Shown here one piece after another: positions 40,909 through 52,812 of a DNA stretch of 64,000 nt (position 1 is its first letter; each line of letters begins with the position of its first letter). Origin of the DNA: Nitrososphaeraceae archaeon (lineage in GTDB: Archaea > Thermoproteota > Nitrososphaeria > Nitrososphaerales > Nitrososphaeraceae); the NCBI GenBank assembly GCA_044870765.1, contig JBIOZG010000017.1:1-64000 (forward strand), written 5' to 3'. The position numbers and the translations under genes are program-made. The notes beneath the pieces were generated by a model. The model saw only the letters and a list, made by a program, of their open reading frames with translations, was not told the origin of the DNA and ran no database searches.

Positions 40909-40998
40909 CCATTAGGATACAGAAAAGGTATTAAAAATTTTATCTAAAGTGAACTTGATTTTTTGTGAACCGCTAGATATGTTTATTTGCCATAAAAA

Positions 40999-41592
40999 TT
41001 AGCGTATTAATTTAAGAGAACTAGTTCCGTAATCACTTGCTATTCTCTTTTCTTCATATGAGCTACATTCTATGCATTTTATGCCATTGTTAATTTTGAC
41101 CGTGTCACCACCACAATTCAGACACAAAGAGTATAATAAACCAAAATTAGTTCCATCTACAGCAAGATGTATCGAGGAATTCATAAGACTGGTAATTTGA
41201 CCGCGGATAATATCACCATATCTGTATATAGATTTTGGTTTTCTATTGTATCGATCTCGATTCCATCCTTTATTATTTCCAGTTCTCGCCGATGCAATGG
41301 CAGATAAACCTGACTTATACAACTTGTTGTTTATGGAAAATAGCTTTACTGAAATCATAGAACCAAATAACATTTCCACATATCCCATAACAATATCTCC
41401 TATCTTGGGTATTTCTAGCGAATTTACCGCATCTATCTTAATTGCCCTTCTTTTAAAATCATATTCCTTTTTACCCATAGCACTTGATCTAATAGTTCCA
41501 TTAAGTGTGAAAGTATTATTTCCACCCTGGAATTCTTCAATCTCTGCTATGTATTCGCCCGGGAATACCATTCCGGATGTCTTTTTTTTCAT
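40999..41592 (-). CDS. csl4: Exosome complex RNA-binding protein Csl4
   Basis: VFPGE, S1 domain (PKIGDIV, GDIIRG), Zn ribbon CLNC/CIEC...EKRIA. Confidence 0.9.
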   Translation of the reverse strand: MKKKTSGMVFPGEYIAEIEEFQGGNNTFTLNGTIRSSAMGKKEYDFKRRAIKIDAVNSLEIPKIGDIVMGYVEMLFGSMISVKLFSINNKLYKSGLSAIASARTGNNKGWNRDRYNRKPKSIYRYGDIIRGQITSLMNSSIHLAVDGTNFGLLYSLCLNCGGDTVKINNGIKCIECSSYEEKRIASDYGTSSLKLIR

Positions 41593-41672
41593 ATCAAGGA
41601 TATGACATAGAAGTAGTTATAATTGTTACACGAATACGAATAGGTCATCGAAACCTGTCCTTGTATCTATAT

Positions 41673-42044
41673 CTAGCCTTTGCTGAAGCCAAATGCAAAC
41701 CCAGCCGCAAAACCTCCAGTGAGTGGAATACCAGAATTTGATATTGCGTCAAAAATCTGGTCGCTGATACCAGGAAAGAATGGTGTATTCAGATTAAGCC
41801 CGTTAAAATTAGTCATTGCAGATCCAAAAGTTTCTTGCAACTTTGGCCAATCTAGCGCAATTAAACCATTGTATTGAAGATAGTACAAGAGGCCTACTAA
41901 TAATCCGGAAACTATGATGATTATTTTTAATATTTTCTTTATGGCGTAACCCATCAAGAAGCCCAAAAATCCCCCTATTCCTACAGAGGTAGCTAATCCT
42001 CCTATTCCTATTGAGGTAGCTAGAGAGCTAAAATCAACAAACAT
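41673..42044 (-). CDS. FUN14 family membrane protein
   Basis: GGFLGFLMGYAIKK...LQYNGLI..DW...GFAAGFAFG. Confidence 0.88.
   Translation of the reverse strand: MFVDFSSLATSIGIGGLATSVGIGGFLGFLMGYAIKKILKIIIIVSGLLVGLLYYLQYNGLIALDWPKLQETFGSAMTNFNGLNLNTPFFPGISDQIFDAISNSGIPLTGGFAAGFAFGFSKG
41969..42022. repeat. 27-bp tandem duplication inside the FUN14 gene
   Basis: ATCCCCCTATTCCTACAGAGGTAGCTA / ATCCTCCTATTCCTATTGAGGTAGCTA, encoding LATS(I/V)GIGG twice. Confidence 0.8.
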
Positions 42045-42272
42045 CCCAATGAATTATCCCAGAGCCACAAATATATGCAATATAGACATTTCTCATCAAT
42101 TCTTTTAACTGCAAATAGTTATGGCTTCTTTTCGTGCAATCTAAATAGTAATAATATTTAGATTAGATTAAGCTAGTAGATATTTATGGAAAAAATCTTT
42201 GAACCAGTCCAATTTTAGACGCTTTTTTGGCCGATCAAACAATCTATTAATAACCTTCTTTTATTTCTTAAT

Positions 42273-42995
42273 GTGAAATTCATAGAATGGTTTCCTTTTT
42301 ATCAGCAAATTAGAACCGAGTTTGGATATAGCACCGAAAAAGATCAAAAAGCGGCTGAAATGCTAAGCAATATGATAAAGGACAAGGCCTTACTGGTGTC
42401 TAAAATCCAAAAGAAGATTCAAGGAAAGCACGTGCTTGTTATTGGAGCAGGTCCTAGCCTGGAAAAAAATATCGAGTTTATCAAGAAGAATAAAAAATAC
42501 ATAAGGATTGCCGCAGATGGTGTGGCAGAGATTTTATTGAATAGCAAGATAAGGCCGGATATAGTAGTATCGGATCTTGATGGAAATCCAAAGTACCTAA
42601 GAATGGCAGAAAAAATGGGAGCGATAATGGTTATCCACGCCCATGGAGATAATATGGAAAATCTACAAAAAATTGTTCCTAAATTTAGAAAACTAATAGG
42701 TACGACTCAGGTAATGCCAACAGAGAATGTGTATAATTTTGGAGGATTTACTGACGGCGACAGGAGTGTGTTTTTGGCTGAAGAAATGAAGGCAAAGAGT
42801 ATTACTTTAGTAGGTATGGATCTAGATAATAAGCCAAGAAAATTTGCAGCAAGCGATCAAGATAGCCAAATAGACATTAAAAGAAAGAAGTTAAAGACTG
42901 CGAAAAAATTGCTTGAAATGTTAGGAAAGCAATCTAAATCTAAATTGATAAACAAGTCAAATACAAGAATTAAAGGTATAAAGTCTGACCCATGA
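42273..42995 (+). CDS. mptE: 6-hydroxymethyl-7,8-dihydropterin pyrophosphokinase (MptE-like)
   Basis: GAGPSL, AADG, SDLDG, HAHGDN, NFGGFTDGDR. Confidence 0.88.
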   Translation: MKFIEWFPFYQQIRTEFGYSTEKDQKAAEMLSNMIKDKALLVSKIQKKIQGKHVLVIGAGPSLEKNIEFIKKNKKYIRIAADGVAEILLNSKIRPDIVVSDLDGNPKYLRMAEKMGAIMVIHAHGDNMENLQKIVPKFRKLIGTTQVMPTENVYNFGGFTDGDRSVFLAEEMKAKSITLVGMDLDNKPRKFAASDQDSQIDIKRKKLKTAKKLLEMLGKQSKSKLINKSNTRIKGIKSDP

Positions 42996-43048
42996 GAGCT
43001 TCATTTAGATTTTCCCAATTAGCATGACAACTTGAACATATTAGTCAC

Positions 43049-43783
43049 TTGCAAATATGTGAAAAACTATTATATGTTTTTGATACATTGAATCCTGTCA
43101 TGTCTGGTTTTTCAGAAGAGGATATTCGTCGGGCTGCAGAAGTGCGAGAATGGTTGATTAAAGAGGTTACCAATAAGAAAGAGGAACTCGACAAGCTTCG
43201 TGATACGCTTTCGATCGTCGATTCTTTGCTAAAAAAAACTAGCTTCATAACCGCATCAAGTCTCGAATCTTCTGGTACTAATTTGACGGATAAAATTAAT
43301 ACAGAGTACGAATCAAGTCATAAAGAAGAAATCCCAAGAAGCAGACCTGGTTTAGAGTCAACGACCAAATCAACAGATGCAGACTATGATAATCATGATG
43401 ATGTTAATGACGATAGCAATCAGACTGTAGAGACTAGAGCCTTAAAGCGTGTAAAAGATAACTTTCTCATATCTAATGCTGAATACACTTCGACATATGT
43501 AAGGATACCTTTGGTAGATGATATCAATCTAAATATTAACACACCACCGTTCAAGTCATTCTTCCTAAATCGCATCTTGGAAGGTATGAGGACGAAAGAC
43601 AAAGAAAAGAACCAAAAAGGCGAAATCAATGCATCCGAAGTCATCGATTACAAAGTAGATAGCGATCAAGATGGAAATCTCAGCAGCGTTACAATTACAA
43701 ACTATAGAGAAAAAGAACGGCTTAATGAAATTTTTAATACAGCAACTTGGGTGTTTTCAAGAATGTTAGAAAAAGGAAATTAA
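43049..43783 (+). CDS. Conserved hypothetical protein
   Basis: Coiled N-terminus, TPPFKSFF...NYREKERL...W; likely start MSGFSEED; coupled to guaA. Confidence 0.75.
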   Translation: MQICEKLLYVFDTLNPVMSGFSEEDIRRAAEVREWLIKEVTNKKEELDKLRDTLSIVDSLLKKTSFITASSLESSGTNLTDKINTEYESSHKEEIPRSRPGLESTTKSTDADYDNHDDVNDDSNQTVETRALKRVKDNFLISNAEYTSTYVRIPLVDDINLNINTPPFKSFFLNRILEGMRTKDKEKNQKGEINASEVIDYKVDSDQDGNLSSVTITNYREKERLNEIFNTATWVFSRMLEKGN

Positions 43784-43784
43784 A

Positions 43785-45323
43785 GTGGTTATGGATAAGA
43801 TTATCGTACTTGATTTCGGATCTCAATACAGCCACCTAATTTGCAGACGTATTCGAGAGTCAAATGTATACTGTGAACTTTTACCATATAACTCACCTAT
43901 CAGCTTGATTGAGAAGTTGGAGCCAAAAGGAATTGTACTATCTGGCGGTCCTTCCAGTGTATATCTGAATGGTTCTCCAAAACCAGACAAGAAGATTTTT
44001 GAAATGGGAATTCCTGTTTTGGGAATCTGCTACGGTCACCAACTTATTGTCGATAAATTTGATGGAAAAATAAAACGATTTGACAACAAGGAATATGGAT
44101 ATGCTGACTTGGTCATTGACGATAATTCAGACTTGTTTAAAGGTATAAATAAGAAAATAAAATGTTGGATGAGCCACGCTGATGCAGCCGAAAAAATCCC
44201 AACAAATTTTGAGATCTTGGCTCATACTGATAACTCCCTTTCGGCCGCGATAGCGAATCGGGATAGAAAATTTTATGGAATTCAGTTCCATCCAGAGGTA
44301 TCACATACAGAAGAAGGAAATAGGATTCTAACAAATTTTTCACAGACCATAAGTAATGCAAAACCAGATTGGACAATGCAAAGCTTTATTGAATTTTCCA
44401 TAAAGGATATTAGAAGCAAAGTACGCGATGACAGAGTATTATGCGCCATCTCCGGCGGAATTGATTCGACTACTTTGGCTGTTCTGCTAAATAGGTCGAT
44501 AAGTAAGAATTTGACTTGTGTTTTTGTAAACAATGGATTATTAAGATTAAATGAAGAAACTTTAGTTCCTGAATTAATAAACAAACACCTAGGTATTAGC
44601 ACTATTACTATTAATGCCGAGGACCGATTTTTATCAAAGTTAAGAAGAATAAGTGAACCCGAACAAAAGAGAAAAATTATCGGAGAGGAATTTGCTCAAG
44701 TCTTTTTGGAGGTAACAAAAAAATATGGACCGTTTCAGTGGCTCGCACAGGGCACCCTTTATCCGGACGTAATTGAAAGTGGTTTCTCAAAGGGTCCTGC
44801 CGCAGTTATTAAGACGCATCATAACGTTGGTGGATTACCGGAATGGCTTGATTTGAAGGTATTAGAACCATTTAGGAGTTTGTACAAGGATGAAGTAAGA
44901 CAAATTGCCGCTCTGTTAAATATCCCTAATGAATTTTTGAAAAGGCATCCTTTTCCAGGGCCAGGATTGGCGGTGAGAATTATTGGTGAAGTGACAGACG
45001 ACAAACTTAGAATCGCTAGATATGCTAGCAGTATTGTAGAAGATGAATTGCTAATTTCTGGTTGGTATGATAAGGTGTGGCAAGCATATGCTGCAGTTGG
45101 GGACGACTTGGCAGTAGGCGTCCTCGGTGATGAACGAGTATATGGTCATATGGTTACAATAAGGATTGTAGAATCTTTAGATGCTATGACAGCTGATTGG
45201 TCAAGAATACCTTATGATCTGATATCAAAAATTAGTAACAGAATAACTAATGAAGTTAATGGAGTAACTTGGGTTACGTACTCGGTATCAAGTAAACCAC
45301 CAGCCACTATTGAACCGCAATAA
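43785..45323 (+). CDS. guaA: GMP synthase (glutamine-hydrolysing, fused)
   Basis: DFGSQY, GICYG, QFHPEV, SGGIDS, KTHHNVGG, RHPFPGPGL, KPPATIE. Confidence 0.97.
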   Translation: MVMDKIIVLDFGSQYSHLICRRIRESNVYCELLPYNSPISLIEKLEPKGIVLSGGPSSVYLNGSPKPDKKIFEMGIPVLGICYGHQLIVDKFDGKIKRFDNKEYGYADLVIDDNSDLFKGINKKIKCWMSHADAAEKIPTNFEILAHTDNSLSAAIANRDRKFYGIQFHPEVSHTEEGNRILTNFSQTISNAKPDWTMQSFIEFSIKDIRSKVRDDRVLCAISGGIDSTTLAVLLNRSISKNLTCVFVNNGLLRLNEETLVPELINKHLGISTITINAEDRFLSKLRRISEPEQKRKIIGEEFAQVFLEVTKKYGPFQWLAQGTLYPDVIESGFSKGPAAVIKTHHNVGGLPEWLDLKVLEPFRSLYKDEVRQIAALLNIPNEFLKRHPFPGPGLAVRIIGEVTDDKLRIARYASSIVEDELLISGWYDKVWQAYAAVGDDLAVGVLGDERVYGHMVTIRIVESLDAMTADWSRIPYDLISKISNRITNEVNGVTWVTYSVSSKPPATIEPQ

Positions 45324-45324
45324 C

Positions 45325-46365
45325 CTACCGACTCTTTGTTCTAATGAATTGCATTGTTTCTACCATCGTAGGAGGTTCAAATTCACTTCTTCCAATATAC
45401 AATGAGGCATATGCATTTGAAAATGTTAATCTTTCCCACGGTTCAAGACCTGCAAAATACCCAGCGAGATCTGCGGCATCCCAACAGTCACCAGATCCCG
45501 TTAGTTTCTTGGCATTGGTGTAAAACGATTCTGCAAATATTACTTCCTTACCATCAGACCATGCAGATCCGATCCTAGTATGAAGATCGATCTTTAGGTC
45601 AAACTCAGAAGACAATAATTTTGCACATTTTTTTACACTATCGGCATCAGACTGTCCTATAGACGCTCTAGAATCAAGATTACATGCTTTTAGAAGTGAA
45701 TTACATTCATTTTCGTTAATGCTTAGCACGTCTATTACTTGATGAAGCTCCCTTAGCATGTCTCTAAATTCTTCTTTTCTGGTTTCTATATCCGCTGGGT
45801 CTAAGAAATGAAAAGCCTTGGGTGAATTACTAAAAAGGTGCTGAGCTAAATCGGTCCCTTTAAGGTTACTCCCCCAATTAGTCAGGACAATGGCTTTTGC
45901 AGAATTAATTGTATCCAGATCGGACGGTTGACTAATCAGATCAGGACCAAAATTCTTATTATCACCAACATCACTTATCATTACATTGGCAAATGATTTT
46001 TCATTGTCATGAAATTCAAACGATGTAGTAGACCCATGTTTACCATTTTTTATTTCCAAATCAACGCTTTTTCCAAACCTCGAGAAGACCGTACGGAGTA
46101 CTGATTTGCCAAAATCGTCTGCAATGGTAAATAGTTTGACAGACAATCCCAATTTAGCCAAACAGTATGCAACATTAACAGCATTTCCCCCTTTAATATC
46201 AAAAGTATCCGCCCCCCTTATACTTCCTCCTCCGATTGTTGTCTTGCTATTGATCATTCTAAAAAGCTCATCTTTGGAATCTATCTTAATGATCCTATCC
46301 AAGAAAAAATCCGGAAGTACAACTACTTTTTGATCAATGTTAAGCTGTTCTAATTTTTCGAACAT
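45325..46365 (-). CDS. PfkB-family carbohydrate kinase
   Basis: GGNAVNVA, INENE, TGSGDCW. Confidence 0.85.
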   Translation of the reverse strand: MFEKLEQLNIDQKVVVLPDFFLDRIIKIDSKDELFRMINSKTTIGGGSIRGADTFDIKGGNAVNVAYCLAKLGLSVKLFTIADDFGKSVLRTVFSRFGKSVDLEIKNGKHGSTTSFEFHDNEKSFANVMISDVGDNKNFGPDLISQPSDLDTINSAKAIVLTNWGSNLKGTDLAQHLFSNSPKAFHFLDPADIETRKEEFRDMLRELHQVIDVLSINENECNSLLKACNLDSRASIGQSDADSVKKCAKLLSSEFDLKIDLHTRIGSAWSDGKEVIFAESFYTNAKKLTGSGDCWDAADLAGYFAGLEPWERLTFSNAYASLYIGRSEFEPPTMVETMQFIRTKSR

Positions 46366-46479
46366 TTACTAAAATGAGTATATGCACAGGTCTTTATTTA
46401 AAATGTCTCAATACTCAAAAAAGAAGATAAATAATTCTTGAATTGTTTTTAAAAATTTGATATGAAGATAGAGTTATAC

Positions 46480-48195
<1,716 letters not shown>

Positions 48196-48484
48196 CTTAA
48201 TAGAATACCATAGATTTTATCATGCCTCTTTTATAGTTTTAGAAAAAATGAATTCAGTTACAATAATGAACCCAATAGATGATGACAGTTCAGTTTATAT
48301 TAATTGAAAACTCCAAGTCCAAGTCCATAACTTGAATTTTTTTTGTCACAGGAAATTTGGATGGCACAGGATATGTATCAAGTATTTCTGATCTAGTATC
48401 TTATTTTATTTTCTTCCTTAGTAGGAAAAAGGCACAACTGAATATCTCCAAACTAATTCATGTTTAAATAAATGAGCATTCATA

Positions 48485-49405
48485 TTGCCTCTAACCATAA
48501 ATCTGTCGGGGTACATACTATTGATTCCACAAGTTACTGTAACTGATCGGTTAAAGAATTATTATGAACTTACAAAGCCGAAAATTTGGTATCTCTTAGT
48601 TTTTACTGCTTTTGGTTCAGCCATAACAGCTTCGTATTCGACAGACACTTTTCTGTCACCGCTTCAGTGGGTCTTTCTTCTTGTCGGTATAGTTACTGGA
48701 TCTGCAGCTGCAGATGCCTTAACAGGGTACAATGATCGTGATATAGATGCCATTATGGATAGAACTAAGGCTCGTCCTATTCCATCGGGAAGAATTTCAC
48801 CTAGGAATGCGCTTATTTTTGGTTTGCTCTTGGCCGCTATTTCGTTATTTTGTGCCTGGTCGATAAATTACATAACTTTAGGACTCATGGCGTTCGGTCT
48901 TTTCGATAATATTATAGTATACAGTAAATGGCTAAAAAGAAAGAGTCAAAGCAACATTATCCTTGGAGGATTCTCTGGTGGTGTCCCAGCATTAATAGGA
49001 TATGTAGCGGTCACGACAGAACACCTAGAAATAGGATTAGCAATGGCAGCCTTAGTTTTCCTATGGATACCAACGCATATTTGGAGCTTAGCATTGCATG
49101 TAAGGAAAGATTATACAAAAGCTGGTGTTCCCATGTTGCCTGTCGTTGCCGGCGAGAAGAGATCTGTTCAAGTTATAGCCGGTACAACTCTTTTGATGGT
49201 AGTATTTAGCATAATACCTTTCTTGAATCAGTTTGGGTTGATTTACTTTATTACTGCCATCTCAGGAGGAATTATTATGATAGTCACCTCACTCTGGCTA
49301 CTGGTGAAACCAAGCGAGAAGGCTTCGTGGTTGCTATTCAAAATTTCCAGTCCCTATCTGACGGCACTATTTGTTGCATTCATGGTAGATGCGATATTTC
49401 ATTAA
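48485..49405 (+). CDS. ctaB: Protoheme IX farnesyltransferase (heme O synthase)
   Basis: ELTKPKI, DRDIDAIMDRTKARPIPSG, YSKWLKR, WIPTH, DY.KAGVPMLP. Confidence 0.94.
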   Translation: MPLTINLSGYILLIPQVTVTDRLKNYYELTKPKIWYLLVFTAFGSAITASYSTDTFLSPLQWVFLLVGIVTGSAAADALTGYNDRDIDAIMDRTKARPIPSGRISPRNALIFGLLLAAISLFCAWSINYITLGLMAFGLFDNIIVYSKWLKRKSQSNIILGGFSGGVPALIGYVAVTTEHLEIGLAMAALVFLWIPTHIWSLALHVRKDYTKAGVPMLPVVAGEKRSVQVIAGTTLLMVVFSIIPFLNQFGLIYFITAISGGIIMIVTSLWLLVKPSEKASWLLFKISSPYLTALFVAFMVDAIFH

Positions 49406-50085
49406 CCGTAATTTTCACACTCGTACAATAATCTTGCTATAACCACGTGGGATTCCAAACTAAAAGGACTAATGGAATAAACACTGTTGCATAGTCGAGT
49501 AATTGATTCCGAGAAATGTCCCCGTTGGAAGCCTCCTACCACAAAACAGTAATCCTTTGGATAATTAGATTCGTTATTATGCAAAATATCGCTTAATTTG
49601 GTTCTTGTTCCCGTTACAGATAACCCAATTATTAGTTGAGGTTTGATTATTTTCTGCACTAGATCAGTAAAACTCACATTCTCTCTAAACTCTATTAAAT
49701 CTGATCCCTCCTTACTCCTGTGTTTATTAAAAATACTGATCATTAGTCTTTCAAATCTGAGATAATTCTTTGGTAATCTCAAATCTTGATGCAGAATTAG
49801 TAACTTGTTGTCAAACGTAGATACGTAAACTTGCAATTTTTTCTCCTTAAATAGAGGGGTCGATAGGGCTTCAACCAGATCGAAATGTACTATGTCCGGT
49901 CTACCTCGTTTCCACCATTGCTTAATGTTTTGTTCCACCATAGCTCTATGATGATAACTAATGTCAAGGAGAATTTCGCTAGAATCTCTGCCTACTCTTT
50001 TGCAATGGTTCTTCACAGAGGGATGGTTTCTGAGTGTTTGTGGTACCAGTTCTATTGCTGCTTCAACAATCACGAGTGAATACAA
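49402..50085 (-). CDS. nep1: 16S rRNA pseudouridine-N1-methyltransferase Nep1/EMG1
   Basis: LLDISYH, RGRPDIVH, RLPKNYLRF, VGGFQRG. Confidence 0.9.
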   Translation of the reverse strand: MYSLVIVEAAIELVPQTLRNHPSVKNHCKRVGRDSSEILLDISYHHRAMVEQNIKQWWKRGRPDIVHFDLVEALSTPLFKEKKLQVYVSTFDNKLLILHQDLRLPKNYLRFERLMISIFNKHRSKEGSDLIEFRENVSFTDLVQKIIKPQLIIGLSVTGTRTKLSDILHNNESNYPKDYCFVVGGFQRGHFSESITRLCNSVYSISPFSLESHVVIARLLYECENYG

Positions 50086-50191
50086 TCAAATTAACAGAAT
50101 TCGTATCGAAATATTAAATTTATTTCATAGCATTTTAATGGAAGACGAGAACCAATATCTAGTCAAGATAATTAGTGTGGGTTGAATTGTA

Positions 50192-50497
50192 TTGAATAAG
50201 AAGAATATTGAAAGAATAGCGACTGAAAGAATAGAAATATTGATTGATAATGCTTTGAACGAAATAAATCGCGATGAAAAATTATCTCAGACGTATGCAA
50301 AGCTTGCTCTAAAAATCGGAATGCGTGTTAGAGTAAGAATGCCGTATTCTATCCGCCAACTATTTTGTAGAAAATGTAAACAATTCATAGTTCCTGGAGT
50401 TAATTCAAGAATAAGAATTGGTAGAACCAGGGAAAAATATATTAGAATTACCTGTATGAAATGCAATCATGTTTATCGAAAAATAATTGCGGTTTAA
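50192..50497 (+). CDS. rnp4: RNase P protein component 4 (Rpp21)
   Basis: IATERI, FCRKC...PG, ITCMKC. Confidence 0.92.
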   Translation: MNKKNIERIATERIEILIDNALNEINRDEKLSQTYAKLALKIGMRVRVRMPYSIRQLFCRKCKQFIVPGVNSRIRIGRTREKYIRITCMKCNHVYRKIIAV

Positions 50498-50770
50498 GTT
50501 CATGGAATAAGTTTCGTTTCACTGGAAGCCGGGAAATTCAGAATAACTGCACTTATTTTCTTTACTGCCTTAAAGATTATCAATATATTCATACCGCTCT
50601 ATTAATAATCTGAACTTAGCATTTTATTGAAAAACTGACTATATATATGGAGATTATTTGTCTGTCAGCGGTCTAAAATTCTGATTAATTACGGAGCTGT
50701 CTTTTGGATATGTGATGAAATTTGAATAAAATGATTTATAAGGGAATTTCCAAGAATGTTATAGAATCTT

Positions 50771-51223
50771 ATGGCTAAGGCTTATGATATTCCTGCCGAT
50801 GATCTAATCTCTCATTTGGCAGAAAATTTGAAAAAGGATAAAAAAATTGAGGCTCCCCAGTGGTCCCAATTCGTAAAGACAGGCTCTCATGTAGAAAAAA
50901 TTCCACAGAATAGAGATTGGTGGTATATCAGGTGTGCATCGTTGTTAAGGAAAGTGTACATTAACGGTCCTATTGGTATTTCTAATCTTAGAAGCGAGTA
51001 CGGAGGTAAGAAGCAAGCTGGATACAATATCGCACATCACAAGAAAGCTGGTGGTGCCATTGTAAGAAAGGCTTTGCAACAGTTGGAAGTTGCTGGCTAT
51101 ATAACGAAAAAAAGCAAGGGTAGAGCAATCTCTGACGAAGGGATGAAAAAGGTCGACAGAATGGCTACAGAAATATACAAGAATCTCGCAAACTCAAGAC
51201 CAGAGCTCCAAAGATACGGCTAG
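50771..51223 (+). CDS. rps19e: 30S ribosomal protein S19e
   Basis: VKTG..E..P...DWWYIRCASLLRK, RKALQQLE. Confidence 0.96.
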   Translation: MAKAYDIPADDLISHLAENLKKDKKIEAPQWSQFVKTGSHVEKIPQNRDWWYIRCASLLRKVYINGPIGISNLRSEYGGKKQAGYNIAHHKKAGGAIVRKALQQLEVAGYITKKSKGRAISDEGMKKVDRMATEIYKNLANSRPELQRYG

Positions 51224-51245
51224 TAATTATTAATTGTGGCTATAA

Positions 51246-51527
51246 ATGTCTGTTTCACCATCAGATAATCCCGAAGAGGCAAAGCGGCGTGAGGCCGAAG
51301 TAATGATGAGACAAAAAGCACTAATGGTCTTGCTAGACCAGGATGCAAGACAAAGGCTTATGAACATCAGGATGGTAAAACCCGAACTAGCAATGGCAGT
51401 AGAAAATTATCTAATTACAGCAGCTTCTTCCGGAAAATTGAACAGGGCTTTATCAGATGAAGAATTAAAGCAGCTTTTGATAAACCTCCAGCAGCCCAAA
51501 AAGCAATTTAGAATAAATCGTAGTTGA
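51246..51527 (+). CDS. PDCD5-like dsDNA-binding protein
   Basis: ARQRLMNIRMVKPELA..VE, DEELKQLL; canonical position after rps19e. Confidence 0.9.
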   Translation: MSVSPSDNPEEAKRREAEVMMRQKALMVLLDQDARQRLMNIRMVKPELAMAVENYLITAASSGKLNRALSDEELKQLLINLQQPKKQFRINRS

Positions 51528-51740
51528 TTTTCAATATTTTTTGATGTCTATCGTCTTTTAGACAAGATGACGGTCATCAAATTAGTCAAAAATTCAAAAA
51601 TAACAAGTTCAACTGTCATACTGTAACATGTGAGTTATCTGTGGAACTATGCACTTGAACTAGTCAATTCCGCATAGCAATTTAGAAAGTCTATGCTAAA
51701 AGAAATAACTATATTAGTCTAAGAACTTTTCAAAAAATTC

Positions 51741-52790
51741 ATGAAAGCAGCAGTATTTAGAGAATATAGTCAAGATCCTCTGAAAGTTGTGAAAATAGAC
51801 GATGTTGACACTCCCAAAATCAAGCCTAATGAGGTTATGGTAAAAGTAGAAGCAGCCGGATACAACTACAACGATCTTTGGGCAATTTGGGGCGATCCGG
51901 TCAAGGTACCACTACCACATATTTCAGGTAGTGATGTAGCAGGCACCGTTGTTGAGGCAGGTAATGAAGTTACAAAATTGAAAGTGGGTGATAGGGTGGT
52001 TTCTCATTCTAACATGAGTTGCAGGGTTTGTGATATGTGTACTTCGGGAAGAGAATACGATTGCAATGAACGACTCATTTGGGGTTTTCAAACTGGTCCG
52101 CTTTGGGGAGGTTTCTGCCAATATACTCATTTACCGGAAGTAAATGTCGCCAAGATTCCCGATTCCGTATCCTATGAAGCAGCGGCTGCAGTATCAATGG
52201 TTGGTATGACTGCGTGGCATATGCTGGTAGGTAGAGCCAAAATAATACCCGGACAGACGGTCCTCGTGATGGGAGGTACTAGTGGTGTTGGGATGGCAGG
52301 TATTCAGATAGCAAAACTATATGGTTGCGACGTGATTGCAACTGCAGGTAAAAAAGAAAAGATGGACAAATGTATTGAATTGGGCGCTGATCACGTTGTA
52401 AATCATAGGGAGGCAGACTGGTACAAAAAGGTCAGAGAAATAACAAAAAAACAAGGAGTCGATGTTGTTTTCGAACATATAGGAAAATCAACTTTCCCGC
52501 AGGAAGTTGGCCTTCTCAAGATGGGAGGGACATTAGTGGCTACAGGAGCAACGACAGGATATGATTCTACTATTGATTTAAGATACTTATTCTTCAAGGG
52601 GACCAATCTTCTCGGTTCAACTCAGGGTACTAAAGCAGAACTAGAGCGGGTGATTCACTGGACAGCCAAGGGGAAGATTAAACCACTGATTAGTATAGTT
52701 CTTCCGTTCTCGGATATGGCAAAAGGACACACCATGATGGCAAATGCAGAACAGATTGGTAAGATTGTGACAACACCTCAAAAACTCTAA
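51741..52790 (+). CDS. Zn-dependent MDR alcohol dehydrogenase/enoyl reductase (acryloyl-CoA reductase candidate)
   Basis: PHISGSD, CRVCDMC...C structural Zn, GGTSGVG; catalytic Zn Cys/His replaced. Confidence 0.85.
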   Translation: MKAAVFREYSQDPLKVVKIDDVDTPKIKPNEVMVKVEAAGYNYNDLWAIWGDPVKVPLPHISGSDVAGTVVEAGNEVTKLKVGDRVVSHSNMSCRVCDMCTSGREYDCNERLIWGFQTGPLWGGFCQYTHLPEVNVAKIPDSVSYEAAAAVSMVGMTAWHMLVGRAKIIPGQTVLVMGGTSGVGMAGIQIAKLYGCDVIATAGKKEKMDKCIELGADHVVNHREADWYKKVREITKKQGVDVVFEHIGKSTFPQEVGLLKMGGTLVATGATTGYDSTIDLRYLFFKGTNLLGSTQGTKAELERVIHWTAKGKIKPLISIVLPFSDMAKGHTMMANAEQIGKIVTTPQKL

Positions 52791-52812
52791 CCTTTTATTT
52801 TTTAGTTCCTAA

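Noticed and set aside
50498-50770. Gap between rnp4 and rps19e (YhbY remnant or C/D sRNA?)
   Set aside because: No translatable remnant and no properly arranged C/D box pair
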